64,000 nt of DNA from Sedimentisphaerales bacterium (GCA_963663805.2 CAXXMR010000011.1:64001-128000); one strand, 5' to 3'. Shown: positions 18,860 to 29,034, numbered from the stretch's first letter. Numbers and translations are program-made. Notes: a model not told the origin generated them from the letters alone.

Positions 18860-19450
18860 ATGAAACGAAGATGGATTGTAGTGGTGATGTTGTTGTTTGC
18901 GATAGCCATGTGTATGGCAGGGGGTGGCTGTAATTACAGCAGTCAGGAACGAATGGAGGCAGCCGAAAAAGCCCTTGAGCATTACGAGCAGGTGGCGGTA
19001 ACGATTGATAATAATATCACTCAGATTAAGGCCGCCATGGAGTTAATGCCAGATGATGCAAAACTCAAAACAATAATGACGGAGGCTTTGGTCGCCAAAG
19101 GCAAGATAGATACCGTTGTCGGCCAAACTAAAGAGTTAATTGCAGACATTGATAAAGGCGGCGGTATAGGCTCAGAGATTCAGGCTGGTGGTGCAGCAGT
19201 AAGCTCAGTTGGGGCAGTTCTGCCACCGCCCTGGAACGGGATAGCGGCTATTGCAGGTACACTACTCGGTGGAATTGGCACTTATATGGCCAAGGCGAAA
19301 AGTAAGGAGGCGGCGCTTAATGCGGCCAAGTATACGGCCCATAAGCAAGCTACCACCGAAGTGATGTTGACACAATCACCAGAAGTACAGCAAGCATTAT
19401 ACGCGAAAGTGGGCGAAAAACGAGCCAGTCTCGGCGTAACTGCTGCCTGA
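18860..19450 (+). CDS. Lipoprotein with coiled coil and a second hydrophobic segment (spanin-like candidate)
   Basis: MKRR-hydrophobic-AGGGC lipobox-like; helical region; AVSSVGAVLPPPWNGIAAIAGTLLGGIGTYMA then a basic tail. Confidence 0.65.
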   Translation: MKRRWIVVVMLLFAIAMCMAGGGCNYSSQERMEAAEKALEHYEQVAVTIDNNITQIKAAMELMPDDAKLKTIMTEALVAKGKIDTVVGQTKELIADIDKGGGIGSEIQAGGAAVSSVGAVLPPPWNGIAAIAGTLLGGIGTYMAKAKSKEAALNAAKYTAHKQATTEVMLTQSPEVQQALYAKVGEKRASLGVTAA

Positions 19451-19650
19451 CTGTCCGGCAAACATCTGGCCCAGGCTGATGGGGCCTGCAAGCCGGAAGC
19501 CGGACGAATTGTAATTGATTAACAAAGTCCATTTTATAACCAAAGTCCGGAAACCTCCCCGCATCCTCCGAAGGTGACAGAAATGAACCCCGGAAGGCTC
19601 TGCGGTGGGGGTTATTATCCAACAACATCGAGAAGCGAAAGGAATCGCGA

Positions 19651-20028
19651 ATGCAAAAGTCATTAAAAGTTCTGCTGTATCTTTCCCCGGATGAAGCTTA
19701 TGTCGAAGATATTGCTAATTACACCTATGGTCCTGGACTTCTTACAGTCAAGGACGGCCAGGTTGTAAAAGTAGGTGGCAAGGAAAGCGAACTAGACTCT
19801 GCGGTATTAAAAGTAAGAGGCGTAATGAGCCACTTGATTTCACTGGGATGGCAGGTTTACCGCCGCAAAAACTGTTATAAGTTGAGTGAGGAACATTACC
19901 TGTTAGTCCAATCAACTCTCGGCAAAGGCAAATGGCATCAAGACAAAGCCATGACCCCAAAGAATGTAAAAAAAGACTATTCTGTAAGAAAGAAATTACA
20001 AAGTATTGCGGAGGCAATGAAAAAATAG
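19651..20028 (+). CDS. Hypothetical basic protein (possible late regulator)
   Basis: AAAGGA SD; last gene before the AT-rich gap that precedes late genes. Confidence 0.55.
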   Translation: MQKSLKVLLYLSPDEAYVEDIANYTYGPGLLTVKDGQVVKVGGKESELDSAVLKVRGVMSHLISLGWQVYRRKNCYKLSEEHYLLVQSTLGKGKWHQDKAMTPKNVKKDYSVRKKLQSIAEAMKK

Positions 20029-20144
20029 CCTTATTTTTCAGCCAATAATAAGGTTTTCTATATTTATAGAAATGCTAAGCCATTTTTTTTGTATCTCATT
20101 CTTTTATGTGCCATGCTTGCATCATCGAAACGGAGCAAGCGAAT

Positions 20145-20756
20145 ATGGCACAGAGCCAACCCAAAGTTAAAACATTCCGACTGTCAGAGCTTAACCCAGC
20201 GGCTTACAATCCGCGGGTAATGTCGGACTCCGCACGTGAGGGGCTGGCCAAATCACTGGAGAAATTCGGATGTGTTGAACCAATTATCGTAAACGTCCGG
20301 GGAGGGGAGAATGTTATTGTCGGGGGTCATCAGCGTTACAGCATTCTGCTGGAAAAACACGGCCCCAGCCATAGATGCACCTGCGTAGCGGTCGACCTGA
20401 GCGAACCCGATGAAAAGCTGCTCAACCTCAGCCTCAATAATCCTCATATTCAGGGTGAGTTCAGCAACGATTTAGGGGAATATATTGCTGCTCTCAAGGG
20501 CTCATTGGAAAATGAGTGTGACTGTCTCGATTTGCGTATCAGTGATTTGCAAACAAGCATGGGCAGCATGGTTTTAGATGATGACTTTTTTGAGGACGGG
20601 GCAGTTAGCGGATTACTATCAAGCTCTGACGAAACCAGCATTACCTTTGTTTTTCCGACCAAGCAGGGAAAAATCGTCAATGCAGCGATAAAGTCTCAGG
20701 GTAAAGACTGGCTCACCAAACAAATCGTCTCAGTTTGCCGCAAGGAGGGAAAATAA
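20145..20756 (+). CDS. ParB/Srx N-terminal domain protein
   Basis: LSELNPAAYNPR, SLEKFGCVEPIIVN, VGGHQR, EKLLNLSLN. Confidence 0.88.
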   Translation: MAQSQPKVKTFRLSELNPAAYNPRVMSDSAREGLAKSLEKFGCVEPIIVNVRGGENVIVGGHQRYSILLEKHGPSHRCTCVAVDLSEPDEKLLNLSLNNPHIQGEFSNDLGEYIAALKGSLENECDCLDLRISDLQTSMGSMVLDDDFFEDGAVSGLLSSSDETSITFVFPTKQGKIVNAAIKSQGKDWLTKQIVSVCRKEGK

Positions 20757-21769
20757 TGCCCGGTTGCGGTTCTCAGGTCATTCTATGCGATATTCCTGTA
20801 CGGTTCGACACGTATAAAGGCTGCTCTCACGGCTGTAAATACTGCTTCACGGCCAAAAAATACGATATTCGGGATATTAAGCTCGGAGAGACGGAAAAGG
20901 CTCTGAGGGCATTTATAGAAGGCAAAAGGACGGGGGATATCAAGTGGTGCGATTGGGATATCCCGTTGCACTGGGGCGGCCTCTCAGATCCGTTCCAGCC
21001 TGTTGAGCTGGAGTATAAGAACAGCTATGAATGCCTGAAAATCTTTGCCGAAACTCAATATCCCTTTGTATTTTCAACCAAAGGCCATGTCGTAGCCCGG
21101 CCCGAATATCTGGAATTACTGTCCCGCTGCAACTGTGCCGGTCAAATATCCCTGACAACCCGCCGTTTTGTGGAAGCATTCGAGCCCGGAGCCCCCAGCT
21201 ATGATGAACGGCTGGAAATAGCCCGAAAAGTCGTCCCCAATGTCAAACGACTGATGATTCGAGTCCAACCCTATACCCCAGAGACCAAAGGTGAAATATT
21301 AGCCGCCCTGAGTACCTGGGCTGAGCTTGGAGCTTATGGAATTATCTTAGAGGGATTGAAGCTGCTCAAAAAGAAACCTCCTTGCACCGAACGAGTTGCC
21401 GGCGACTTCTGCATACCGCTGAAAACACTCAAGAAGCAATTTCAGGAAATCAAGGATGAATGTCATCGGGTTGGCCTGAAATTCTTCTGCGGAGAAAACC
21501 GGCTTCGCTCGATGGGGGATAGTCTATGCTGTTGTGGTGTGGATGGTATCGAAGGCTGGCAGGTCAATAAGGCCAACCTGAACCATATCTACTTTGACGA
21601 ACAGGTTAAATTCACCGACCGCATGAAAAGCCCGGCAACCGGCTCGGCATTTCGGGGAATGTGTCAGGCAACCGTAACAGGTCGGATTCTCAGAAATAAT
21701 TCTTTCAAGCAGAATATGACGGCATACGCCAAAGACAAAATCGGTCGGGAGATATATGGCCTGACATAA
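20756..21769 (+). CDS. Radical SAM protein, spore photoproduct lyase (SplB)-like
   Basis: GCSHGCKYCF (CxxxCxxC), GGLSDPFQPVE, STK, EPGAPS..ERL, extra CCCG near the C-terminus; TAATG coupling to ParB. Confidence 0.88.
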   Translation: MPGCGSQVILCDIPVRFDTYKGCSHGCKYCFTAKKYDIRDIKLGETEKALRAFIEGKRTGDIKWCDWDIPLHWGGLSDPFQPVELEYKNSYECLKIFAETQYPFVFSTKGHVVARPEYLELLSRCNCAGQISLTTRRFVEAFEPGAPSYDERLEIARKVVPNVKRLMIRVQPYTPETKGEILAALSTWAELGAYGIILEGLKLLKKKPPCTERVAGDFCIPLKTLKKQFQEIKDECHRVGLKFFCGENRLRSMGDSLCCCGVDGIEGWQVNKANLNHIYFDEQVKFTDRMKSPATGSAFRGMCQATVTGRILRNNSFKQNMTAYAKDKIGREIYGLT

Positions 21770-21787
21770 CAACTTTGACAGATCGAC

Positions 21788-21848
21788 GCGGGCGGTAAGT
21801 TTCGGCTTAACCGCCTGCAAAGCAAGCAGCAACTTGCTGAGCTTTTTT
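21788..21848 (+). terminator. Tandem hairpins ending in a U-tract after the radical SAM gene
   Basis: GCGGGCGGT/ACCGCCTGC, then AGCAAG/CTTGCT, then GCTTTTTT. Confidence 0.5.
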
Positions 21849-21917
21849 CGCGTCGAACATATCACTTAGCAGTACAGCAGTACCACAATAAGTTTCGGAG
21901 AGTAATGGTAGTAACAC

Positions 21918-22649
21918 TTGGCAGGGAAGGCAAGCAGTAATCAAGACATCCTGACAATCGCAACCAAACAAAGACATCTGACATTATTACGTAAAGTACA
22001 GAATAACAATGCTTTAACGAAAACGGAACTTCGAGAATTGGCAAGATTCGAGAAAAAACGAACCACCAGAAAAAAGACTCAGAAAAGGGAATACCCCTTG
22101 ACTGATAAGCAAAAGTGTTTTTGCCAAGAATACATCATCGACTTGAATGCAAAGCAGGCGGCGATACGGGCGGGATATAGCAAGCATTCCGCAGAAATAA
22201 CCGGTTCTAAGCTGCTAAGGAATCCCAAGGTATCAGATGAGGTAGCCAAACTCAAAAGTCAGCGTGGTGAACGCCTCGAAATTACCGCTGACTCCGTGGT
22301 TAAAGAGATTGCCAAAATCGGTTTCCAGAATATTGCCAACTACCTGCAGATGGCGGGCGATGATGAAGGCTATATCTCGATGGAGGTACTGAACAATCTC
22401 ACGCCTGAGCAGACGGCCTGTATTGCCGAGATCACAGAATATGAGACCGACACCGGTCGCAAACGCTTTAAATTCAAGCTGCATGACAAATTGAAGGCTT
22501 TGGAGCTGCTGGGTCGGCATTTAGGCATATTTAACGACAATCTTAATCTGAAACTGCCAGAAGGATGCGGTGTTTTAGTTGCACCACAGGCGATAGATAA
22601 AGACGAATGGTCGAAAATGGCTTCCCAGAAAAAGGTGAACGGCAAATGA
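21918..22649 (+). CDS. terS: Terminase small subunit
   Basis: LTDKQKCFCQEYIIDLNAKQAAIRAGYS, KLHDKLKALELLGRHLG; start uncertain. Confidence 0.92.
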   Translation: MAGKASSNQDILTIATKQRHLTLLRKVQNNNALTKTELRELARFEKKRTTRKKTQKREYPLTDKQKCFCQEYIIDLNAKQAAIRAGYSKHSAEITGSKLLRNPKVSDEVAKLKSQRGERLEITADSVVKEIAKIGFQNIANYLQMAGDDEGYISMEVLNNLTPEQTACIAEITEYETDTGRKRFKFKLHDKLKALELLGRHLGIFNDNLNLKLPEGCGVLVAPQAIDKDEWSKMASQKKVNGK

Positions 22650-24085
22650 AATGGAAATTAGCAATATTTATCAGCATTATCGGGATGGTGGCTATGATTG
22701 CTAACGCTACGGCTGCACCTACTGTTGTTTGGCGGCCTCAGCCCGGTAGTCAGGCTCATTTTATGAGTTGTCCGGTATTTGAATGCTTATTTCATGGTAC
22801 AAGAGGGCCGGGGAAAACAGATGCCTTGTTGATGGATTATGCCCAGTTTGTTGGTAAAGGCTTTGGTTCTGCATGGCGTGGTGTGCTGTTCAGGCAGGAA
22901 TATCCAGACCTTGAGGACGTCATAGAAAAAGGTCTTAAGTGGTTTCCGAGAATTTTTCCCGGTGCTAAATATAATGATGGAAAGCACAAATGGCGATTCC
23001 CAACCGGTGAAATACTGCTATTTAGGCACGCACGTCGTGAAGCTGACTATTGGAAATATCATGGCCATGAATATCCTTGGGTTGCATGGGAAGAATTGAC
23101 AAACTGGGCCGATGATAAACTTTATCTTAAGATGATGTCTGTGTGCCGGTCTTCAAAGTCTGGAATACCACGGCATTATCGAGCCACTTGTAATCCCTAC
23201 GGTCCCGGTCATAACTGGGTAAAAGCTCGATTCATTGATGAAGCACCACCGGGTGTAATCATTAAAGGGGAGAATGGTCTTGAGCGTTGCCACCTGTTTG
23301 GCAGTATCTACGAAAATAAAATCTTGATGAAGTCCGACCCGGACTACATTAGAACGCTCGAAAATGGCACTGAGGCCCAAAAGAGGGCTTGGCTGCATGG
23401 TGATTGGGATATTGTAGCTGGTGGCGTTTTTGATGATGTTTGGGACCGGGATGTTCACGTTATAGAACCTTTCGCTATTCCCAGCACCTGGCGTGTCAAC
23501 CGTTCGTTTGACTGGGGTTCTGCCAGACCCTATTCGGTCGGCTGGTGGGCTGAATCAGATGGTTCAGATATTAAGCTCAATGACGGCACAACCCACAGTA
23601 CCAAGCGGGGAGATTTATTTCGTATCGCCGAGCTTTACGGCTGGAATGGTAAGCCTAACGAGGGCACCAGAGAGCTTGCTACTGAGGTCGCTCGCAAGAT
23701 CGTAAAAGCCGAAAAGGGAATGGGCTATCGGGTATCGCCCGGCCCGGCTGATACTTCGATTTATGATGTCAACAACGGCAACTGTATTGCTGATGACATG
23801 TCAAGAATTGGCGTTAGATGGACCACGGCTGATAAGCGTCCGGGAAGCCGGGCTAACGGGCTTGAGAAGCTCAGGGAGCGACTTAAAAACACTATAACCG
23901 GTGATGGTCCGGGTTTATTTATATTCAGCACGTGCAGGCAGTTTATTCGCACTGTGCCGGTTTTGCCCCAAGATACCAATAAGCCGGAAGATGTTGATAC
24001 GAATGCTGAAGACCATGTTTACGATGAGTGCAGATATAGAGTACTTGCAAAAACTCACAGCTTCACAACTGATACTAATTTCTAA
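22646..24085 (+). CDS. terL: Terminase large subunit
   Basis: WRPQPGSQ, GTRGPGKT, WEELT, TCNP, FDWG, EDHVYDECRY; unusual hydrophobic N-terminal extension. Confidence 0.95.
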   Translation: MKWKLAIFISIIGMVAMIANATAAPTVVWRPQPGSQAHFMSCPVFECLFHGTRGPGKTDALLMDYAQFVGKGFGSAWRGVLFRQEYPDLEDVIEKGLKWFPRIFPGAKYNDGKHKWRFPTGEILLFRHARREADYWKYHGHEYPWVAWEELTNWADDKLYLKMMSVCRSSKSGIPRHYRATCNPYGPGHNWVKARFIDEAPPGVIIKGENGLERCHLFGSIYENKILMKSDPDYIRTLENGTEAQKRAWLHGDWDIVAGGVFDDVWDRDVHVIEPFAIPSTWRVNRSFDWGSARPYSVGWWAESDGSDIKLNDGTTHSTKRGDLFRIAELYGWNGKPNEGTRELATEVARKIVKAEKGMGYRVSPGPADTSIYDVNNGNCIADDMSRIGVRWTTADKRPGSRANGLEKLRERLKNTITGDGPGLFIFSTCRQFIRTVPVLPQDTNKPEDVDTNAEDHVYDECRYRVLAKTHSFTTDTNF

Positions 24086-24094
24086 GGATTGGCA

Positions 24095-24379
24095 ATGGCC
24101 GAAAGATCAAATGACATTTTGAATTGGGTTGGCAAATTAGGATGGTTAATTGGCTTGGTGGCAGGGGCAAGCATTACCTGGGGTGTGCTCACCAGCGACG
24201 TGGAAAACTGCAAGAAAGATGTCAACAGCCTCAAAACTGAGGTCAAAACCTCCTATGTAAGAAAAGAGGTTTTTGACCTGTATCGTGAGAATACTCAGCG
24301 AGAGTTGGGCGAAATCAAACAAATGCTGTGCGAGCTTAACAGCAAAATGGACAAGGTTGTCGGATTAAAGAATGACTAA
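24095..24379 (+). CDS. Single-TM coiled-coil membrane protein (holin/XhlA-like candidate)
   Basis: LGWLIGLVAGASITWGVL then heptad repeats. Confidence 0.6.
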   Translation: MAERSNDILNWVGKLGWLIGLVAGASITWGVLTSDVENCKKDVNSLKTEVKTSYVRKEVFDLYRENTQRELGEIKQMLCELNSKMDKVVGLKND

Positions 24380-25766
24380 TCAAGAAGCACAAGTTAATAC
24401 CCCGTGCCTGGCTTACAATCGTATGGCTAAACGCTGGTCTCTGATTGATGACCTGTTGGGCGGTACGCTTGCAATGCGTGAAGCTGGAAAGAAGTGGTTG
24501 CCCAAAGAGCCCAGAGAAGAAGAATCTGCTTATCAAGTACGGCTTGACCGTGCCGTTGTGTTTGGGGCCTATAGTGACACAGTCAATACTTTGAGTGGCA
24601 AGCCCTATCGGAAACCCATCACCCTAACCGATAGTCTCTCTGGTCAATTGGAGATTATCAGAGATAATGTTGATGGTAACGGGGCATCCCTTGAGCAATT
24701 CGGGCAAGCGTTAATCAGCGAAGGTATAAATCGGGGGATAGTGCATATCTTGGTAGATTATCCAGCGACTGCCGATAAAACTGGCAAAACTCCCAACCTC
24801 AAACAGGAACGGGATAATGGTATCAAGCCTAACTTTATACTCATCTCGGCCAAAAACCTCATAGGGTGGAGATTTGAGGGTGATAGGCTGGTAGAAATCC
24901 GTATACGTGAAGTGTCCACTGAACCGGACGGTCAATGGGGTGAAAAGGAAGTCGAACGCATCCGGGTTTACGGTATCAACGATTGGAAGCTATATCGTCA
25001 GACTGACAAAAAAGATGGCTGGATAGTTGAAAATAGCGGTACTCATACATTTGGAGACGTGCCGCTAATCTCCATTTATTTGAATCGCACTGGATTAATG
25101 GAAGCCCGGCCTTGTCTGGAAGATTTGGCATGGACTAATTTAGCCCATTATCAATCGAGTAATGACCAGCGTAATTGTCTGCGGTTTGTGCGGGCCGCTG
25201 TCCTGGGCATGGTGGGGCTAACTGAAGATGAGATGGCGAAAGAAATCGTCGTCGGTCCAATGCGAGTTATTCGCTCTACCAATCCAGAGGCTAAAATCGA
25301 ATGGATTGAACATAGCGGGGCCGGTTTGGAGTCCGGGGAAAAGGACATTCAGCGGCTTGAAGACCAAATGGAAGTTCAGGGCTTGCAGCCTTTGGTACGC
25401 AAATCGGGTGGCCAGACAGCCACCGGCAAGGCAATCGACGCCGACAACTCTGAATCTGACATGCAATCTTGGGTAAGAGTCTTAGAGAAGGGAATCAAGA
25501 AGGCTTACGAATATGCAGCCAAGTGGATTAAAGCAGAATTGCCCGATGATTTTTCGGTAGATATTTATTCAGATTTCGGCCTTTCGGTTCGGGCCATTGA
25601 AGACATTAAAACTCTACAGTCTGCAAGATTATCCGGTGATTTGAGCCGGGAAACTTTCCTGAAGGAAATGAAACGCCGGGCCATTCTGGGTGAAGGGCTG
25701 GATGTCCAGGAAGAAATTGACCGTATCGAAAGCGAAGGCCCGGCTTTGGGCGGAGGTGGTGAATAA
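24372..25766 (+). CDS. Portal protein (DUF4055-like)
   Basis: LLGGTLAMREAG..WLPK..E...Y..RL.RA, LAWTNLAHYQ, TAT; position after terL. Confidence 0.88.
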   Translation: MTNQEAQVNTPCLAYNRMAKRWSLIDDLLGGTLAMREAGKKWLPKEPREEESAYQVRLDRAVVFGAYSDTVNTLSGKPYRKPITLTDSLSGQLEIIRDNVDGNGASLEQFGQALISEGINRGIVHILVDYPATADKTGKTPNLKQERDNGIKPNFILISAKNLIGWRFEGDRLVEIRIREVSTEPDGQWGEKEVERIRVYGINDWKLYRQTDKKDGWIVENSGTHTFGDVPLISIYLNRTGLMEARPCLEDLAWTNLAHYQSSNDQRNCLRFVRAAVLGMVGLTEDEMAKEIVVGPMRVIRSTNPEAKIEWIEHSGAGLESGEKDIQRLEDQMEVQGLQPLVRKSGGQTATGKAIDADNSESDMQSWVRVLEKGIKKAYEYAAKWIKAELPDDFSVDIYSDFGLSVRAIEDIKTLQSARLSGDLSRETFLKEMKRRAILGEGLDVQEEIDRIESEGPALGGGGE

Positions 25767-26855
25767 TGGTTGCTATTGCCTCTGCTGCTATGCCTCCCGC
25801 CAATGACATTATCGCCGACAATGCGATTAGACACCGCTTTACAGCTTGAGCGTTATAAATCCCATGTTGTTAAAGAAATCCTCACATTGCTTAAAGATGA
25901 CGTTTTTAATGATGTTGTAGAAAAGCTTGGCTAAGACTAACAACATAAATACGATTAAGGCGAGGGAAGACCTGATACGCAGTATTAATAAACTGGTGGC
26001 AGCCGGCTACAGGTCTATGGGCGAAAAGCTCGAAGCTGAATTGCTCGACTTTGCTGTAACAGAATCAGAATGGCAAGCGGCCACAATCAGAAACGCTGCT
26101 CCCATAAATGTGGATGTACTGACACCGCCACCGGCTCTAATAAAATCAATTGTAACCAAATCACCAATACAAGGTAGATTTGTCAGTGATTGGGTTGAGG
26201 GATTAGCCAAAGGCACTCAGGAAAAAATCGCCCAGCAATTGCGCATCGGTATTGCCGAAGGTGAATCTATCCCGGTAATGGTCAGGCGAATTCGTGGCAC
26301 AAAAGCCGCCCAATATGCAGACGGCATATTACAGATTAGCCGTAGAAACGCCGAGGCTGTTGTCAGAACTTCGGTGGCTGGCGTTTCCACTAATTGTCGT
26401 GACGAAATGTATAAGGCCAATAGCGACGTAATTAAAGGGGTTCAGTACGTTGCGACGCTTGACAATCGGACCACGCCCATTTGCATGGGGCTTGACGGCA
26501 GGGTGTTCGATATTGGCAAAGGCCCCAGACCTCCCCAGCATTGGAACTGCCGGTCAACTACTGCCCCGGTACTCAAATCGTGGAAGGAGATGGGCATTGA
26601 CGCTAAAGAAGCCCCACCCAGTACCAGAGCGTCTATGGATGGGCAGGTATCAGAGCGTTTGACTTATGGAAAATGGCTCAAAAAACAACCTATTGACATT
26701 CAGAATGATGCTCTGGGCATAACCAAGGCTAGACTATTTGAGAAGCAACAAGGGTGAAAATTGACCGTTTTGCTAATCAAAGAGGTAGAACTCTAACCCT
26801 TGCAGAACTGCGTAAACGTGAAGGATTAAGTGTATCGGATGTAAGCAGGCAGTAA
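25766..26855 (+). CDS. Minor head protein (SPP1 gp7/MuF family), interrupted by single-base insertions
   Basis: ATLDNRTTPICMGLDG, PPQHWNCRS; frames rejoin on removing one base near 25836, 25927 and 26753. Confidence 0.8.
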
Positions 26856-26882
26856 GTGAATGCCTGCAATTAAAATAGATTA

Positions 26883-26929
26883 GGACGGGATGTCCGAGAG
26901 CGGGAAGCTCTTAAAAATGGCGGGAAGCC
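26883..26929 (+). promoter_or_regulatory. Three tandem hairpins with GGGAW loops in the scaffold leader
   Basis: GGAC-GGGAT-GTCC, GAGAGC-GGGAA-GCTCTT, GGC-GGGAA-GCC directly before the AAAGGA SD. Confidence 0.7.
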
Positions 26930-26944
26930 GAAAGGAACACAGTT

Positions 26945-27724
26945 ATGGCATTAGCAGCAGTAATCAATCAGGAAGCGTTCGATAGTCTTAACGAGTCTAT
27001 CAAGTCGGAGTACAAAAAGCAGGATGACGGGAAGTTTATTCTGGATGTCACTCCGGTTAATGATTTTGCCCTCGAGAACGTCAGCGGCCTTAAATCGGCT
27101 CTAAGTGCGGAGCGTGCGAAAGTCGGAGATTTGCAAGGCAAATTGACTGCGTTTGAGGGAATCGATGCAGGCAAGGCGAAGGATGCACTCAAGAAAGTTG
27201 AGGACATGGTGAATTGGAAGTCCGACGATAAGGTAAAAGAGCAAATCGAGCTTATCAAAAAGCAATTGTCTGAAAAGCACGCAGGGGAACTGGGTGCAAA
27301 GGATGAAACCCTGAAAAAGCACGTTGCTCAGCTGGAGAAAGTACTGGTTGAAGCTGAGGCTGTTAAAGCGTTAGCTGAGGCCAAAGGCAACACAGCTTTG
27401 CTACTGCCTCATGTCAAGGCCCGCTACTCGCATGAAACAAACCGACAAAGGCGAGTATCTGGTAGAAGTTGTGGACGAAAACGGCAACGCAAGATTAAGC
27501 CCTGCGGCTGGTGTCGACGGCCAATATGAGCATAAAAGAGCTTGTGGCCCAGATGAAAACCAGCGAGACATTTGCAGCAGCTTTTGAAGGTTCCGGTGCA
27601 AGTGGTAGTGGTGCCAAGGGTAGCGGTAGTCCTAGTGGAACTAATACGATTAGTGCTAATGACCCAAGCCGCAATCGAGAGTAACATCGAAAAGATTGCC
27701 AGCGGCGAAATTACGATTGTTTAA
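26945..27724 (+). CDS. Capsid scaffolding protein (frameshifted)
   Basis: ENVSGLKSALSAER, coiled coil, LLLPHV, FEGSGASGSG; position before the capsid gene. Confidence 0.75.
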
Positions 27725-27775
27725 GTATAAGAAACAGAAAAACACAAACCTTAATATTTTAGGAGAACTTAAAAA

Positions 27776-28948
27776 ATGGCGAATACTTTAACTAACATTA
27801 TGACCACTATTCCTCGCACGGGCAATTATGACTTTGCGTGAAAGCTGTTTGATGCCCGCAGCTGGTCAACACCGGCTATTCAATGGATGCAAAGCAGAAG
27901 GGTCAAACCGGTAGATATTTCTGCGTCTGTGGCTCAGGAGGTTTATGACGTGTCACCTACCGCGGCCCCGAAAACGCCTTGCGGACAAGGCTCCGACCTT
28001 GCTTCAGATAACGTTGAACAAGTGGAAGGGAACTAACTTCCATCTGACCGATCAGGAGCGTACCCGGATTATGAAGGAAAAGAATTTCATTCCCGGCCAA
28101 ACTGCCGAAGCGATGCGTGCCTTGGCTAATCAGGTCAATGCTGACCTGCTGAGCGAGTACCATTGGCGTTTTTGGTTATGTCGGCACTGCTGGCGCCACA
28201 CCGTTTAGCAATTCCACTGACAGAACAGCGACCAAGGATGCTACCAAGGTTGTAGCCGTACTTGATGACCAGCTTTGCCCCCGAATAGGCCGGAGTGCCG
28301 TCATCGGACAACGGTTGCTGAAGCTGAGGCATTGGCTTTGCCCCAATTTTCGCATGCGGAAAAGGCGGGCAGTTCCAACATTATCGACACTGCCAACATC
28401 GGTAACAAATACGGAATCGGCTGGTATGTCGAAAACGCCATCAGTAAACATACTGCTGGCACAATCACCACTGGCTTGATTGCCAAGGCTTCGACCGATC
28501 AGGCTGTTGGTGACAAGACTATTGTTTTGCACTACGGCGGCAAGCACTGGGGCTTGCGCCTTGAAAAAGGGTGATATTATCACCTTTGCCGGTGACACCC
28601 AGACTTACGTTGTGACCGCAGATGCGACTCAGGCATCTGCAGCAACTGACGTTACGGTCAACATTGAGCCGGGCCTGAAAATAGCCCTTGAAGGCTCTGA
28701 GGCGGTGACTGTCAAAGCCACACATACCGTCAACCTGGCTTTCCACAAGGAAGCTATTGCATTGGCTACGGCACCGTTTGAAAAGGATTTCAATCCGAAT
28801 CCTTCGGTGTTCATGCGTGACCCGGTAACCGGCTTGGTAATCCGGCTCGAAGTTGTTCGTCAGAACAAACAAACCATGTGGGAGTTTGATGTGCTGTATG
28901 GTACCAAACTCGTAAGACCTGAATAACGCTTGCCGACTGGCAGGCTAA
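27776..28948 (+). CDS. Major capsid protein (P22 coat-like), about nine apparent +1 insertions
   Basis: Reassembled MANTLTNIMTTILARAIMTLRE...QKGQTV...KKGDIITFAG...NLAFHKEAIALA...FDVLYGTKLVRPEYACRLAG; AGGAG SD. Confidence 0.82.
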
Positions 28949-28967
28949 ACAGGGTAAGGCAATTTAT

Positions 28968-29013
28968 TGCACTGGGCAGTTAAAACGCTGTCCAGTGCAT
29001 AACCTTTATTTTC
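28968..29013 (+). terminator. Hairpin after the capsid gene
   Basis: TGCACTGGGCAG/CTGTCCAGTGCA followed by a T-rich tract. Confidence 0.5.
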
Positions 29014-29034
29014 AATTCTAGGAAGACAAAAAAA

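Noticed and set aside
19447..19512. CTGA...stem...GAA arrangement resembling a hammerhead ribozyme
   Set aside because: The core does not match CUGANGA/GAAA; only a GTCCGGC/GCCGGAC hairpin is supported
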